From contig DATCMK010000029.1 in NCBI GenBank assembly GCA_036563455.1, positions 2,396 to 66,395 of the forward strand: a stretch of DNA of 64,000 bases, in the 5' to 3' direction. Made by a program: the position numbers and the translations under genes. The notes beneath the pieces were generated by a model that saw nothing but the letters and a program-made list of their open reading frames with translations, had not been told where the DNA came from and made no database searches. Origin of the DNA: Pyrinomonadaceae bacterium. Lineage in GTDB: Bacteria > Acidobacteriota > Blastocatellia > Pyrinomonadales > Pyrinomonadaceae. Positions 1-9,040 of the stretch are shown piece by piece; positions within the stretch are counted from its first letter, which is position 1, and each line of letters opens with the position of its first letter.

Positions 1-366
1 AACAGCCTCGAAATAACAAACTGGGCAGATTATTTTAAGGATTTTTCGGTCAGAAACTTCAAGCGCCCCGTCAAGCTCGAAGTCTTCGGCGAAAAATGCG
101 TGATCGAGGAAGTGAAAAAGTTGCCGCTCGCCGGCGTTTACCTCCAGTTGACGGGCGAAAACGCGCCGCGCGTCGAAATTCTGCTCGGCGGCATTTCCGC
201 GAAAGAAATCGAATACGCCGCGCACACGGTGGCGAACGTTCGAACGGTCACGGCGGTTACCGACAGCGATCAATCCGAACGCGCGCTCGAATTCGCGGCG
301 CGGACGGCGTCCGCACCCGCCTCAGTTTCGAAACCGGCGCGGCGGAATCGAAAGCGGCTTAAAGCT
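1..366 (+). CDS. Possible 3' end of a gene entering from upstream of the window (partial). The frame is open from position 1 with GC-rich third codon positions, but it has no stop before running antisense through ackA, so the true end is undefined.
   Basis: Frame +1 is open from nt 1 and reads a protein-like sequence (..VFGEKCVIEEVKKLPLAGVYLQLTGENAPRVEILLGGISAKEIEYAAHTV..) with mostly G/C third positions. No similarity recognised. This frame is exactly the codon-aligned antisense frame of ackA beyond 367, which explains the absent stop. Confidence 0.2.
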
Positions 367-1599
367 TTAGATTTTGTGGTGAATGAGCCGCACGGTATCG
401 CGGGCGATGAGCAGCTCTTCGTTCGTCGGGATGACGCCGATTGCCGGACGCGAAGCCGGCGCGCTGATCACGCCCTCGCGTCCACCGACGCACGCGGAAT
501 TCTGCGTTTCGTCGAGTGCGACGCCGCACCAGGCGAGGTTTTCGCAAATCTTCGATCTGATTCGCGCCGAGTTTTCGCCGATCCCGCCCGCGAAAATGAT
601 CGCGTCCGCGCCGTTCAGCGCGGCCAGATACGCGCCGATGTATTTACTGACGCGGTAGCAGAAAATCTCGATCGCGAGCCGCGCGCGGCGGTCGTCGGAT
701 TCCGCCGCTTCCGCAAGGAGTTCGCGCATGTCGTTTGTCAAACCGGAAATTCCGAGAAGTCCCGACTGCTTGTTGAGCAGCATCTCGGTTTCGTGAATCG
801 TCAAACCTTCTTTCGCGCCGATAAATTCGAGGATCGCCGCGTCGAGATCGCCCGAACGGGTGCCCATCACCAGACCTTCGAGCGGAGTTAAACCCATCGA
901 AGTGTCGATCGAGTCGCCGTTCTTGATCGCGGCGAGCGAACAGCCGTTGCCGAGATGCAGCGTGATGATGTTGACGTTTTCCCGCGGAATGTTGTTGATC
1001 GTGCGGTAGCGGTAAGCGATATAGCGATGCGAGGTGCCGTGAAAGCCGTAGCGGCGAATCTTGTGCCGCCGGTAAAGCTGGTACGGGATCGCGTACAGAA
1101 ACGCCTTTTCCGGCAGCGTCTGGTGAAACGCCGTGTCGAAGACCGCCGCCTGCGGCAGCTGTTTGCCGAAAATTTCCCTGACGGCCTGAATGCCCTTGAT
1201 GTTCGCCGGATTATGGAGCGGCGCGAGCTCGATGCAGTCCTCGATCGCGCGCAGAACTTCGTCCGTGATGAGCACCGATTTCGAAAAATGCTCGCCGCCG
1301 TGCACGACGCGATGCCCGACCGCGTCGATGTCGCCGAAGTTGCGGACGCCGTCGATCGACTGCGCCGAAATCCATTTGAGAACCGCGTCGAGCGCCGCCG
1401 GGATGTCGCGGATCGGCGCGGCGCTTTTTTCGGTCGCGCCGCCTTCGACCGCGAAATTCAGAATCGCCGCGCCGCCGATGCGCTCGACGACGCCGGAAGC
1501 GAGCCGCCGGTCGGCGTTCTGCTCGATGCGTTCGAGGTCGGTCGCGATCAATTGAAACTTAAGCGACGAGCTGCCGCAGTTCAAGACGAGAATATTCAT
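367..1599 (-). CDS. ackA: Acetate kinase
   Basis: N-terminus [17 protein letters not shown] matches the canonical acetate/propionate kinase signature. The length (410 aa) and internal motifs (HLGNG, TSMG, IGEN) also fit. Confidence 0.9.
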   Translation of the reverse strand: MNILVLNCGSSSLKFQLIATDLERIEQNADRRLASGVVERIGGAAILNFAVEGGATEKSAAPIRDIPAALDAVLKWISAQSIDGVRNFGDIDAVGHRVVHGGEHFSKSVLITDEVLRAIEDCIELAPLHNPANIKGIQAVREIFGKQLPQAAVFDTAFHQTLPEKAFLYAIPYQLYRRHKIRRYGFHGTSHRYIAYRYRTINNIPRENVNIITLHLGNGCSLAAIKNGDSIDTSMGLTPLEGLVMGTRSGDLDAAILEFIGAKEGLTIHETEMLLNKQSGLLGISGLTNDMRELLAEAAESDDRRARLAIEIFCYRVSKYIGAYLAALNGADAIIFAGGIGENSARIRSKICENLAWCGVALDETQNSACVGGREGVISAPASRPAIGVIPTNEELLIARDTVRLIHHKI

Positions 1600-1722
1600 A
1601 CATTCGCTGCGCTCATGATTTCAGATTTCGGATTTGAAATTTCAAGTAATATGAAAGCCGAAATTGCGTCTGAAGGAGGCCTTGCCGAAAATCCGTCATT
1701 CGACGAAAATAAAGTATAACAA

Positions 1723-2922
1723 ATGCTGACTTCCGATTTAGCCGTCAGCTTTCGGCGCGGCGACAAAATTTACCCGTTTCTGATCGACCCCGACAACGCC
1801 GGTTATCTGCGCGACGCGGCGAGCTTGATCGAAATTTTCGAAGCTTTCACGGGCGAGACGCGCGGCGCGCTCGAACGCGAGCTCGAAGAATTCATCGGCA
1901 CCGGCACCGATTATAAAATCCTGCGCGGACTGATTAAACTGCTCGACGACCGCGCGGAATTCGAAACGAGCGCGCCCGCCGATCCGGTCGAAATTCGTCA
2001 AAAAGTCTTTCTCGAAGCGCGCAAAACGCACCCGGTTTTTCCCGATTCGGAAACGAAAACCGAGGTTTTGGAACGCGTCGCCGCAGAATTTATGTGCGAC
2101 ATCGCCTCTCTCGAAGCCAATCTGTACGCCGATCTGCCCGCGCAGCAGCGGCTCGCTTCGTTCGACGCGATCGAACCGCAGGATCTGCTCGATCGCTATA
2201 ACCTCGCGCAGGCGCAGGCGCTGCTGTACCGCGCGCTCGAAATGAAGATCCGCGTCGAGCCTTCGGATTTGGCGAATTACCGCGCCGTTTTCGGTTGGGT
2301 CAAGCATTTCGGGCTGATCCATTCGGTCGCCGGCAACGCCGCGAACGGCTACGAAATCACATTGACGGGCGCGGCTTCGCTTTTCCACCGCTCGCAGAAA
2401 TACGGCATCCAGATGGCGGTTTTTCTGCCCGCGCTGCTGCTCTGCAAAAACTGGCGCTTGCGCGCCGAAATCGCACAGAAACAGGGCAAAAACCTGTTTT
2501 TCGAACTCGCCAGCGACCAGCCCGGAATCGTTTCCAACCGCTTCGACGAAACGCCTTACGAGAACCCGGACATTCAAAAACTGCAGAAAAACTGGGAAAA
2601 GCTGGCGACCGACTGGCGTCTGCAAGAGAACCGCGCGGTGCTCGATCTCGGCAAAATCGCGTTCGTGCCGGATTTGGTTTTGATTTCGCCCGCCGGCAGG
2701 AAAATCTATCTCGACGTGCTCGGCTTCTGGACGCCGAAATCGCTGCAGAAAAGGCTCGATGAATTCAGTGCGGCGAATTTTCAGGATTTTGTCATCGCGG
2801 CTTCGAACGAGCTGCGCGGCAGCCGCGAAGAATTTACGTCGGAAAGCGCGCATCTGATTCTTTATAAATCCAAAATCGAGCCGCTTTTACTGGTTCAAAC
2901 GGCGGAAAAGCTGATTGGCTGA
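1723..2922 (+). CDS. DUF790 family protein (Bax1-like nuclease, XPB-associated)
   Basis: The 399-aa protein has the architecture and length of DUF790/Bax1. Its C-terminal region (..FVPDLVLISPAGRKIYLDVLGFWTPKS..) looks like a PD-(D/E)xK nuclease core. It lies immediately adjacent to an XPB-type helicase gene, which is the known genomic partner of this family. Confidence 0.65.
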   Translation: MLTSDLAVSFRRGDKIYPFLIDPDNAGYLRDAASLIEIFEAFTGETRGALERELEEFIGTGTDYKILRGLIKLLDDRAEFETSAPADPVEIRQKVFLEARKTHPVFPDSETKTEVLERVAAEFMCDIASLEANLYADLPAQQRLASFDAIEPQDLLDRYNLAQAQALLYRALEMKIRVEPSDLANYRAVFGWVKHFGLIHSVAGNAANGYEITLTGAASLFHRSQKYGIQMAVFLPALLLCKNWRLRAEIAQKQGKNLFFELASDQPGIVSNRFDETPYENPDIQKLQKNWEKLATDWRLQENRAVLDLGKIAFVPDLVLISPAGRKIYLDVLGFWTPKSLQKRLDEFSAANFQDFVIAASNELRGSREEFTSESAHLILYKSKIEPLLLVQTAEKLIG

Positions 2923-2983
2923 CGAAACGAGCGCTCGGAACGGGTTTAAGTTCCGACAGTAACTTCTTGAAGGATTTCGCCCT

Positions 2984-4378
2984 TTAACTAAATAAATTTC
3001 GGCTCGTGCCTTTTTTCGCGTCGTGGAACTGGCGCGCGTCCGAGCGTTTCTGCGACGTGTATTCCTCGGTCGTGTCGCGCGTCACGACTTCGTAGAGAAT
3101 CGCCTGTTTGTCGCCTTTTTTGCGGAGGATCCGCCCGAGGCGCTGAATATGTTCGCGCGATGAGCCGGAACCGGAAAGAACGATCGCGACCGAGGCGTCG
3201 GGAATGTTGACGCCTTCGTTCAGGACTTTCGAGGTCGCGAGCGCGAGCACGTCGCCGTTGTTGAAGGCGTCGAGCCAGAATTTGCGTTCCTTGACGTTTG
3301 TTTCGTGCGTGATCGCCGGGATCAGGTAATCGTTCGAAATGCGGTAAACCATTTCGTTTTCGGCGGTGAAGATGAGCACTTTATCGTGTTTATGCCGGAC
3401 GAGCAGATCCTGCAAGACGTGGATTTTAGACTCGGTGCCGAGCGCGATTTTTTTGTAATTGCGGTAGGCTTTCATCGCGCGGCGACCTTCCTCGCTTCGA
3501 GCGCTTTGAATCAGAAACATGCGCCAGCCTTCCTGCCCGAACGGCAGATTTTTCGCGCGCCGGAAATCGGTGTAAATCTGCCGTTCCTTTTGATACGCTT
3601 CGCGCTCATCGTCCGAGAGCTCGACCTCGACGCGCTCGATAAGATAATCCGCGAGATACTCGCCCGCCAATTGCTGCGCTTCGAGCCGAAAAGCGTACTT
3701 GCCGATCAATTCCTCCAGTTTGTCTTCGCCGCCGTCGGTGCGTTCGGGCGTCGCCGTCAAGCCCAGTCGAAACGGCGCGAGCGCGAATTCCGCCGCGTAT
3801 TTGTAGCCTTCCGACGGCAAGTGATGCGCTTCGTCGAAGATTATTAACCCGAATTGATTGCCGATGCGTTCCTGATGCCGGAAGGCGGACGCGTAAGTCG
3901 TCACCGTGATCGCGCCGATCTCGTAGAAACCGCCGCCGATCAGTCCGATTTCGGCGTTAAAGGTCGAAACCAAAAGGTCGTACCACTGATTCATCAGATC
4001 GAGCGTCGGCACGACGACCAACGTTTGCCGCTTGCACATCTCGATCGCCATCGTCGCGACGTGCGTTTTGCCCGCGCCGGTCGGCAGGACAACGACGCCG
4101 CAGCGTTCGCGCGCGCGCCACGCCTCGATCGCTTCGGCTTGAAACGGGCGCGGCTCGATATGGTATTTCTGCTTGAAATCGAACGCCGCGTAAGCCTTCG
4201 CCGCGTCTTCATACGGCGTTTTGTTACGGATAAAGTCTTTGACGATCTCGCGGTAAAGATAGGCGGGCGCGCGAAAATTTCTGGTTCGCGAGTCCCAGAC
4301 GAAGGCTTTCGGAACCGACGATTTTTCGTCCGCGTTTTCGAGAATCAAGGTGCCTGAATCGAATTTGAGTGTGAACAT
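2984..4378 (-). CDS. XPB/ERCC3 (Rad25)-like superfamily-2 DNA helicase
   Basis: Walker A motif VLPTGAGKTH, DEAH box IFDEAHH and the helicase C-terminal motif SGSGSSREHIQRLGRILR are present. The length (464 aa) and an N-terminal non-helicase domain resemble archaeal/bacterial XPB. A DUF790 gene is adjacent. Confidence 0.75.
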   Translation of the reverse strand: MFTLKFDSGTLILENADEKSSVPKAFVWDSRTRNFRAPAYLYREIVKDFIRNKTPYEDAAKAYAAFDFKQKYHIEPRPFQAEAIEAWRARERCGVVVLPTGAGKTHVATMAIEMCKRQTLVVVPTLDLMNQWYDLLVSTFNAEIGLIGGGFYEIGAITVTTYASAFRHQERIGNQFGLIIFDEAHHLPSEGYKYAAEFALAPFRLGLTATPERTDGGEDKLEELIGKYAFRLEAQQLAGEYLADYLIERVEVELSDDEREAYQKERQIYTDFRRAKNLPFGQEGWRMFLIQSARSEEGRRAMKAYRNYKKIALGTESKIHVLQDLLVRHKHDKVLIFTAENEMVYRISNDYLIPAITHETNVKERKFWLDAFNNGDVLALATSKVLNEGVNIPDASVAIVLSGSGSSREHIQRLGRILRKKGDKQAILYEVVTRDTTEEYTSQKRSDARQFHDAKKGTSRNLFS

Positions 4379-4386
4379 TTATGGTA

Positions 4387-4502
4387 TTTTCCCGCAAAGG
4401 CGCGAAGATGCAAAGATAAGACGGCGAAGTTTGATAAAAATCTTCGCCGGAATTAAAAATCCTTTGCGTTTTTCCTTTGCGTCTTTGCGCCTTTGCGGGA
4501 AA
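4387..4502. repeat. Family-2 element between the M1 peptidase stop and the XPB start: terminal inverted repeats TTTCCCGCAAAGGCGC / GCGCCTTTGCGGGAAA with an internal hairpin and four CTTTGCG tandem units
   Basis: Read directly: ..ccTTTGCGtttttccTTTGCGtcTTTGCGccTTTGCGGGAAAc. Confidence 0.8.
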
Positions 4503-4503
4503 C

Positions 4504-7287
4504 TTACTTCCCGAATTTTTCCCGAATTTTCACCGCGCGTTCCAATCCGTCGACGTTTTCCAGTATTTTCAGCCGCAAATCTTTATCGAGACTCTGATTG
4601 CTCGCCAGGAATTTGTTGACCGTGTCCAAAGCCTCCCGGCTTTTTTGCCCGCCGAGAAAGGCGCCGAGCCAGCCGTTGACGAAGAAGATCTTGCGCGTGC
4701 GCTTGAGATTCGGCAGTTCGGCGAGCGCGGTTTCCAGGTACGGCAGCGTCAGTTCGGAATGCCGGGCGGAATTGAACGGCACGAACGCCGCTTCGATCCA
4801 GCTTTCCGAAATGTTTTTGTCGGTCATAAAATCCCGGAAATACTTCGCTTTCGATTCGGTCGTCGCGATTCCGGCGCGCGCCGCGTATGCGTAGCGTTTC
4901 GCGTCGTCCGAGGTTTCCGTTTTTTCGAGATTCGCCAAAAGCTGCGGCGCGTCATTGTCGCCCAAAACGAGCAGGCGCGTGACGAGATCGAATTTGTCCT
5001 TCGTGCGCAATTGAAATACGGCGAGCTTCGATTTTCCGGCGAGAATGTCTTTCAGATTCTGCCGCGCCTGCGCGCTCGACGCCAGATTCAAGTACGCGCG
5101 GTAAAACGTGATGCGCTGACCGGGCGTTTTGGCGCTGCCGATGCGCTCGGTCAACACCGTTTCGAGCCGGGTCGAAAGCTGGTCGCGCGCGGCGTTCGGA
5201 ATGTAGTAATTCAGCGCCGTGCCGACGCGCGACAGAATCGCGTTGATCGTCGATTCATCCTCTTCGACGGCGATGTTTTTGATCGCCAGTTCGACGTAAT
5301 CTTTCGGATTTAGTTCCGCTTCGCGGACCGAATCCCACAAGCTGCCCCACATCATCGAGCGCAGAAAATCGTCCTTTTCCGTCTCGATATTTTTCAAGAC
5401 GTAATCGCGGCTTTTCTCGTCGAGCAAAAAGATGCCGTAGCCGTAATCCTGATAGTTCGGGAAAATCAAATCGGGCATCGGATGATTGCGGTTATAGTTT
5501 TTATCCTTATCAAACAATCGGGGCAGATAGTCGGTGTACGGATTTCCGGACACAAGGTTCTCCTGAATTTCCGTTTCCGCGCCGTATTTGTATAAGGTTT
5601 TAACTCGTATCGCCCAGGGAGAATCGGCGAAAGGAGCGCTCAGCTCCAATCCGAGCGCGGGGACCATCAACGAGCCCGCCGTGAATTTTCCTTGCGAGTC
5701 GGTCTGCGATTTTTCGTAATGACCTTCGATCAGCTTAACGCGAATAATCGGAACGCCGGGCTGCTTGACCCAATACTCCGCCCACTCCGGCAATCCGCGG
5801 CGGTCGTAAACTTTATTGAATTCATTGACCAAATCTTTCCATTCGGCGTTCGCGTATTCGTGTTTTTTCAAAAACGCGCGCACTGCCGCTTGAAATTTGT
5901 CCTCGCCCAGATAAAATTCCGCCTGCCGCAAAAACGACGGCGCTTTGCGGTAAACGATGTTGCCGTAAGCGCTTTTGGCGGCTGAAAGATTCGGGATTTC
6001 CTGATAGATCGGCGTCGTGCCCTTCGTCGAATCCGTTAAGTAGGCGAGCGGCTTGTTGCGCTCGTAAAAGGCTTTCCAAGCGTTGTATTCGGGCATCACT
6101 TTTTCGAGCGTTTTATACGCCATGAACTCGGCGAAACCTTCTTTCAGCCATAAATCGTCGAACCATTTCATCGTCACCGTGTCGCCGAACCATTGGTGCG
6201 CGGCTTCGTGAAAGATCAGGTTCGCGCGCGAGACGTAATCGTTCTTCGTCGGCTCGCTCGGAAAGATGACGCTCGCCTCTCTCAAAAACGTCGCGCCGGC
6301 GTGTTCCATGCCGCCGAACGGAAATTCGGGAATCAAAACCGTGTCGTACTTCGAAAACGGGAATTTGTGATCGAAATACGTTTCGAGAGTTTTGACGCCC
6401 TCGCGCGTCAGACGAAAGAATTCCTTTTCGTGCGGCTTGAATTTTTCCGCCTGCGAGCGGCGCACGAAGACGCGGAAATTGTTGACGGTTCCTTCCATCG
6501 CCAAGTCTTTGATCGATTCGCCCTTCTCATTGACCGGACGGTTTTCCTGAAAGTCGACGAAATCGCCGGCGGCAAAAGCGAAAACGTACGTGCTGATCGG
6601 CTTGGTTTCGGCGAACGTGAAACGGTCGGTGTCGGTGTTGTAGTCCGACGTTTTGCCGATCGAATTGCTGACGACGCGTTCGAAAGATTTACTCGCGACT
6701 TCGAGCGTAAAGCGTGCCTTCAAATCCGGCTGATCGAAGACGGGAAAAGCGGTGCTCGCGTCCGACGGGACGAACAGCGAATAGATATACTCCGCGCCGT
6801 CTTCCTTATCGACGTAGCGCGTGAGCGCGGCGCCGGAAGTCTTGATCGGCGAGCCGAATTTGATGTCGATGACGTTTTCGCCCGCTTTCAAAAGCCTTTT
6901 GGCGATGATGATATGTTCTTTGTCGACCGCATACGCGAAGTTTCCGCTGCCCGGCAATTCTTTGACGACCGATTCGTTGACTTTGACGACCTCGGCGAAC
7001 GGCTTGTCCTTATCGTTCGCAAACTGCGTCGTGCGCCAATCGAGAATCAAATCCTGTTTCGCGCCTTCTTCCGATAAATCGACGCGAATTTCGATCTCGC
7101 CGGCCATCAGCGGCGCTTGCTTTTCGAGCGTCAGATTCAATTTGTAACGCACGTCCGAGTAATGCGCGGCGCGCCATTTCGCGAGCGCCTGCGAAACGCC
7201 CGCCTCGATTTGCGCCGGCGGATTTTGCGCGCAGCTGATTTCCGTCATCATAAGCGTCAGAAACAAAAGGAATGCGAAAAGCTTCAT
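4504..7287 (-). CDS. pepN: M1 family zinc aminopeptidase (aminopeptidase N-like), secreted
   Basis: Carries the HEAAHQWFGD...WLKEGFAEF (HExxH-x18-E) motif and is 927 aa long. N-terminal signal peptide MKLFAFLLFLTLMMTEISCAQ. Confidence 0.85.
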   Translation of the reverse strand: MKLFAFLLFLTLMMTEISCAQNPPAQIEAGVSQALAKWRAAHYSDVRYKLNLTLEKQAPLMAGEIEIRVDLSEEGAKQDLILDWRTTQFANDKDKPFAEVVKVNESVVKELPGSGNFAYAVDKEHIIIAKRLLKAGENVIDIKFGSPIKTSGAALTRYVDKEDGAEYIYSLFVPSDASTAFPVFDQPDLKARFTLEVASKSFERVVSNSIGKTSDYNTDTDRFTFAETKPISTYVFAFAAGDFVDFQENRPVNEKGESIKDLAMEGTVNNFRVFVRRSQAEKFKPHEKEFFRLTREGVKTLETYFDHKFPFSKYDTVLIPEFPFGGMEHAGATFLREASVIFPSEPTKNDYVSRANLIFHEAAHQWFGDTVTMKWFDDLWLKEGFAEFMAYKTLEKVMPEYNAWKAFYERNKPLAYLTDSTKGTTPIYQEIPNLSAAKSAYGNIVYRKAPSFLRQAEFYLGEDKFQAAVRAFLKKHEYANAEWKDLVNEFNKVYDRRGLPEWAEYWVKQPGVPIIRVKLIEGHYEKSQTDSQGKFTAGSLMVPALGLELSAPFADSPWAIRVKTLYKYGAETEIQENLVSGNPYTDYLPRLFDKDKNYNRNHPMPDLIFPNYQDYGYGIFLLDEKSRDYVLKNIETEKDDFLRSMMWGSLWDSVREAELNPKDYVELAIKNIAVEEDESTINAILSRVGTALNYYIPNAARDQLSTRLETVLTERIGSAKTPGQRITFYRAYLNLASSAQARQNLKDILAGKSKLAVFQLRTKDKFDLVTRLLVLGDNDAPQLLANLEKTETSDDAKRYAYAARAGIATTESKAKYFRDFMTDKNISESWIEAAFVPFNSARHSELTLPYLETALAELPNLKRTRKIFFVNGWLGAFLGGQKSREALDTVNKFLASNQSLDKDLRLKILENVDGLERAVKIREKFGK

Positions 7288-7480
7288 ATTTATTTAATCT
7301 TACCGAATCCGACGGGCAAAAGTCAGTTCGATTTCGGATTGCGGATTCACCGGCTAAGGAAATTATTCGTAAATTTAGTTGCACGGGCTTCGCAGAGGGT
7401 TGCGGCGCGCTCGGCAAAAACAAAAAGCGGATGCTTTTCTCTCGAAGCATCCGCTTTCACGCTAAACGATTTTGTCCGCT

Positions 7481-8893
7481 TTACAAATTGAAGTTGAAGC
7501 TCAGATAACCCGTCGCCCTGACCGGCTGCCCGTCGCGCACGAACGGCTTGAACTTCCATTTTTTGACGGCATCGCGCGCCGCCGTCTGCAGCAGCGCCGG
7601 TCCGCTCAGATTCTGCACGGTGCTGACTTTGCCTTCTTCGTCGACGAGGACTTCGAGCCGCACGACGCCGGTCTGACGCATCGCGCGCGCGGTCGGCGGA
7701 TAAACCGGAGTGGTTCTCTGCACCGCAAATTCGATCAGCGAGCCGACATTGAGCGGCGAATTGGGATCGGCGGTTTCGGTTTTCGCGGCGTTCGTCGCGG
7801 GCGCTTCTTCCTTTTTAATTTCTTTATTTTCTTCCGGTGTATTGACGAGACGCTCGCGCCGCGGCTGGACGTTGCTGTTCGCGGCGGTCGTGCTTTCGGG
7901 CACGGTGCGCGTGCTTTCTTCCGGCTTCTTCGAATCTTCGGTCGGTTTCGGAGCTTCCTTGACCGGCTCGTTGACCGCCGGCTTTTCGACTTTCGCCGTC
8001 AGCTCGGGATTGGTTTTCGTTTCCTTGACCGGTTGAAAAGTCGGGACGGTGTTTTCCGGCGCTTTGACGTTCGTCGCCTGATTGCTCGAAGTCGGAGCGT
8101 TCGGCGTCGGATTGTTGGAAACCGGCAGAGCGTTGGTCGGATTGTTCGAAGCGATCTGCGTCTGCGAAACGTTCGGCGTTTCCGGCATCGCTTCGTTGGT
8201 CGCGTTCAGCACGGTGCTGCGCGAATTGACGAGCATTTCGCGCGAATCGGCGACTTCGTCCTTCCAGCGCTTGGCGTCGTAATCGTCGCGCGCCAAAAGG
8301 CTGCGGGCGTTCGAAGTTTCTTCGAGCAGCACCGACGCGGTCGACGTCTGTTTCGTGTCTTTGCTTAAGGTTTTCGACTGCTCGACGATCTTTTCGAGCG
8401 TCTCGCGCATCTTTTCGAGATCGGTCGCGGCTTCGACCGGCAGATTGCGGTCGGAAACCATCAGGCCGAGCGCCTTGTAGCGTTCCGATTGGTTGCGCGC
8501 GCCCTTGATGACCTGTCCGGCGGCGGCGTAATAATTCGCCGCGGCGTTCGGTTTGTTCGATTTGATGTCGTTGAAAAGCGTGGCGAGAAAGTCCTGCGCG
8601 CGTTTGTAATCTCCCTGTTCGAGATAACAATTCACGAGCAGAACGTTCGAGACGCCGTGCACGGTCTGGTCGTTCGTTTCGCGGCGGATGTTTTCGAGTT
8701 CGTAAATGGCGGCGTTGTAATTCTTGACCGCGATAAAGGCTTTCGCCTTCGAAATTCGCCCGCGCATGATGTCGCCCGAGGTCGGGGCGACCGTGGCCTG
8801 CGGCTGCATTTGCGGCTGCTGCGCGTTGACGATGATAAAGCTAAATACTACTAAAAAGAATGAAGCGAACGACCTTCTGACGTTTAGCGGCAT
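7481..8893 (-). CDS. TonB family protein (N-terminal signal/anchor, TPR-like region, Pro/Thr/Asn-rich linker, C-terminal TonB_C domain)
   Basis: C-terminus VYPPTARAMRQTGVVRLEVLVDEEGKV...AVKKWKFKP matches the TonB C-terminal domain. A low-complexity proline-rich spacer precedes it. A strong SD (AGGAGG) lies upstream. Confidence 0.7.
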   Translation of the reverse strand: MPLNVRRSFASFFLVVFSFIIVNAQQPQMQPQATVAPTSGDIMRGRISKAKAFIAVKNYNAAIYELENIRRETNDQTVHGVSNVLLVNCYLEQGDYKRAQDFLATLFNDIKSNKPNAAANYYAAAGQVIKGARNQSERYKALGLMVSDRNLPVEAATDLEKMRETLEKIVEQSKTLSKDTKQTSTASVLLEETSNARSLLARDDYDAKRWKDEVADSREMLVNSRSTVLNATNEAMPETPNVSQTQIASNNPTNALPVSNNPTPNAPTSSNQATNVKAPENTVPTFQPVKETKTNPELTAKVEKPAVNEPVKEAPKPTEDSKKPEESTRTVPESTTAANSNVQPRRERLVNTPEENKEIKKEEAPATNAAKTETADPNSPLNVGSLIEFAVQRTTPVYPPTARAMRQTGVVRLEVLVDEEGKVSTVQNLSGPALLQTAARDAVKKWKFKPFVRDGQPVRATGYLSFNFNL

Positions 8894-9040
8894 TTTCAGT
8901 CCTCCTTGGTTTTTGACTTAAATTTTCCGTAAAGGTCAAGCGAACTACAATCTGACGAAGGCTCACTTGTGCGACCTGCTAATTATTTTTTCAAAACTCG
9001 CTTCAAAAAATCATTTATTCAAGTTTTTTGGAACCTGTTT

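Noticed and set aside
100-891. 263-aa plus-strand ORF overlapping the 3' half of ackA
   Set aside because: It is the codon-aligned antisense frame of ackA, where GC-rich coding sequence is naturally stop-poor. ackA on the minus strand is unambiguous. Only the part before 367 is retained as a low-confidence partial gene.
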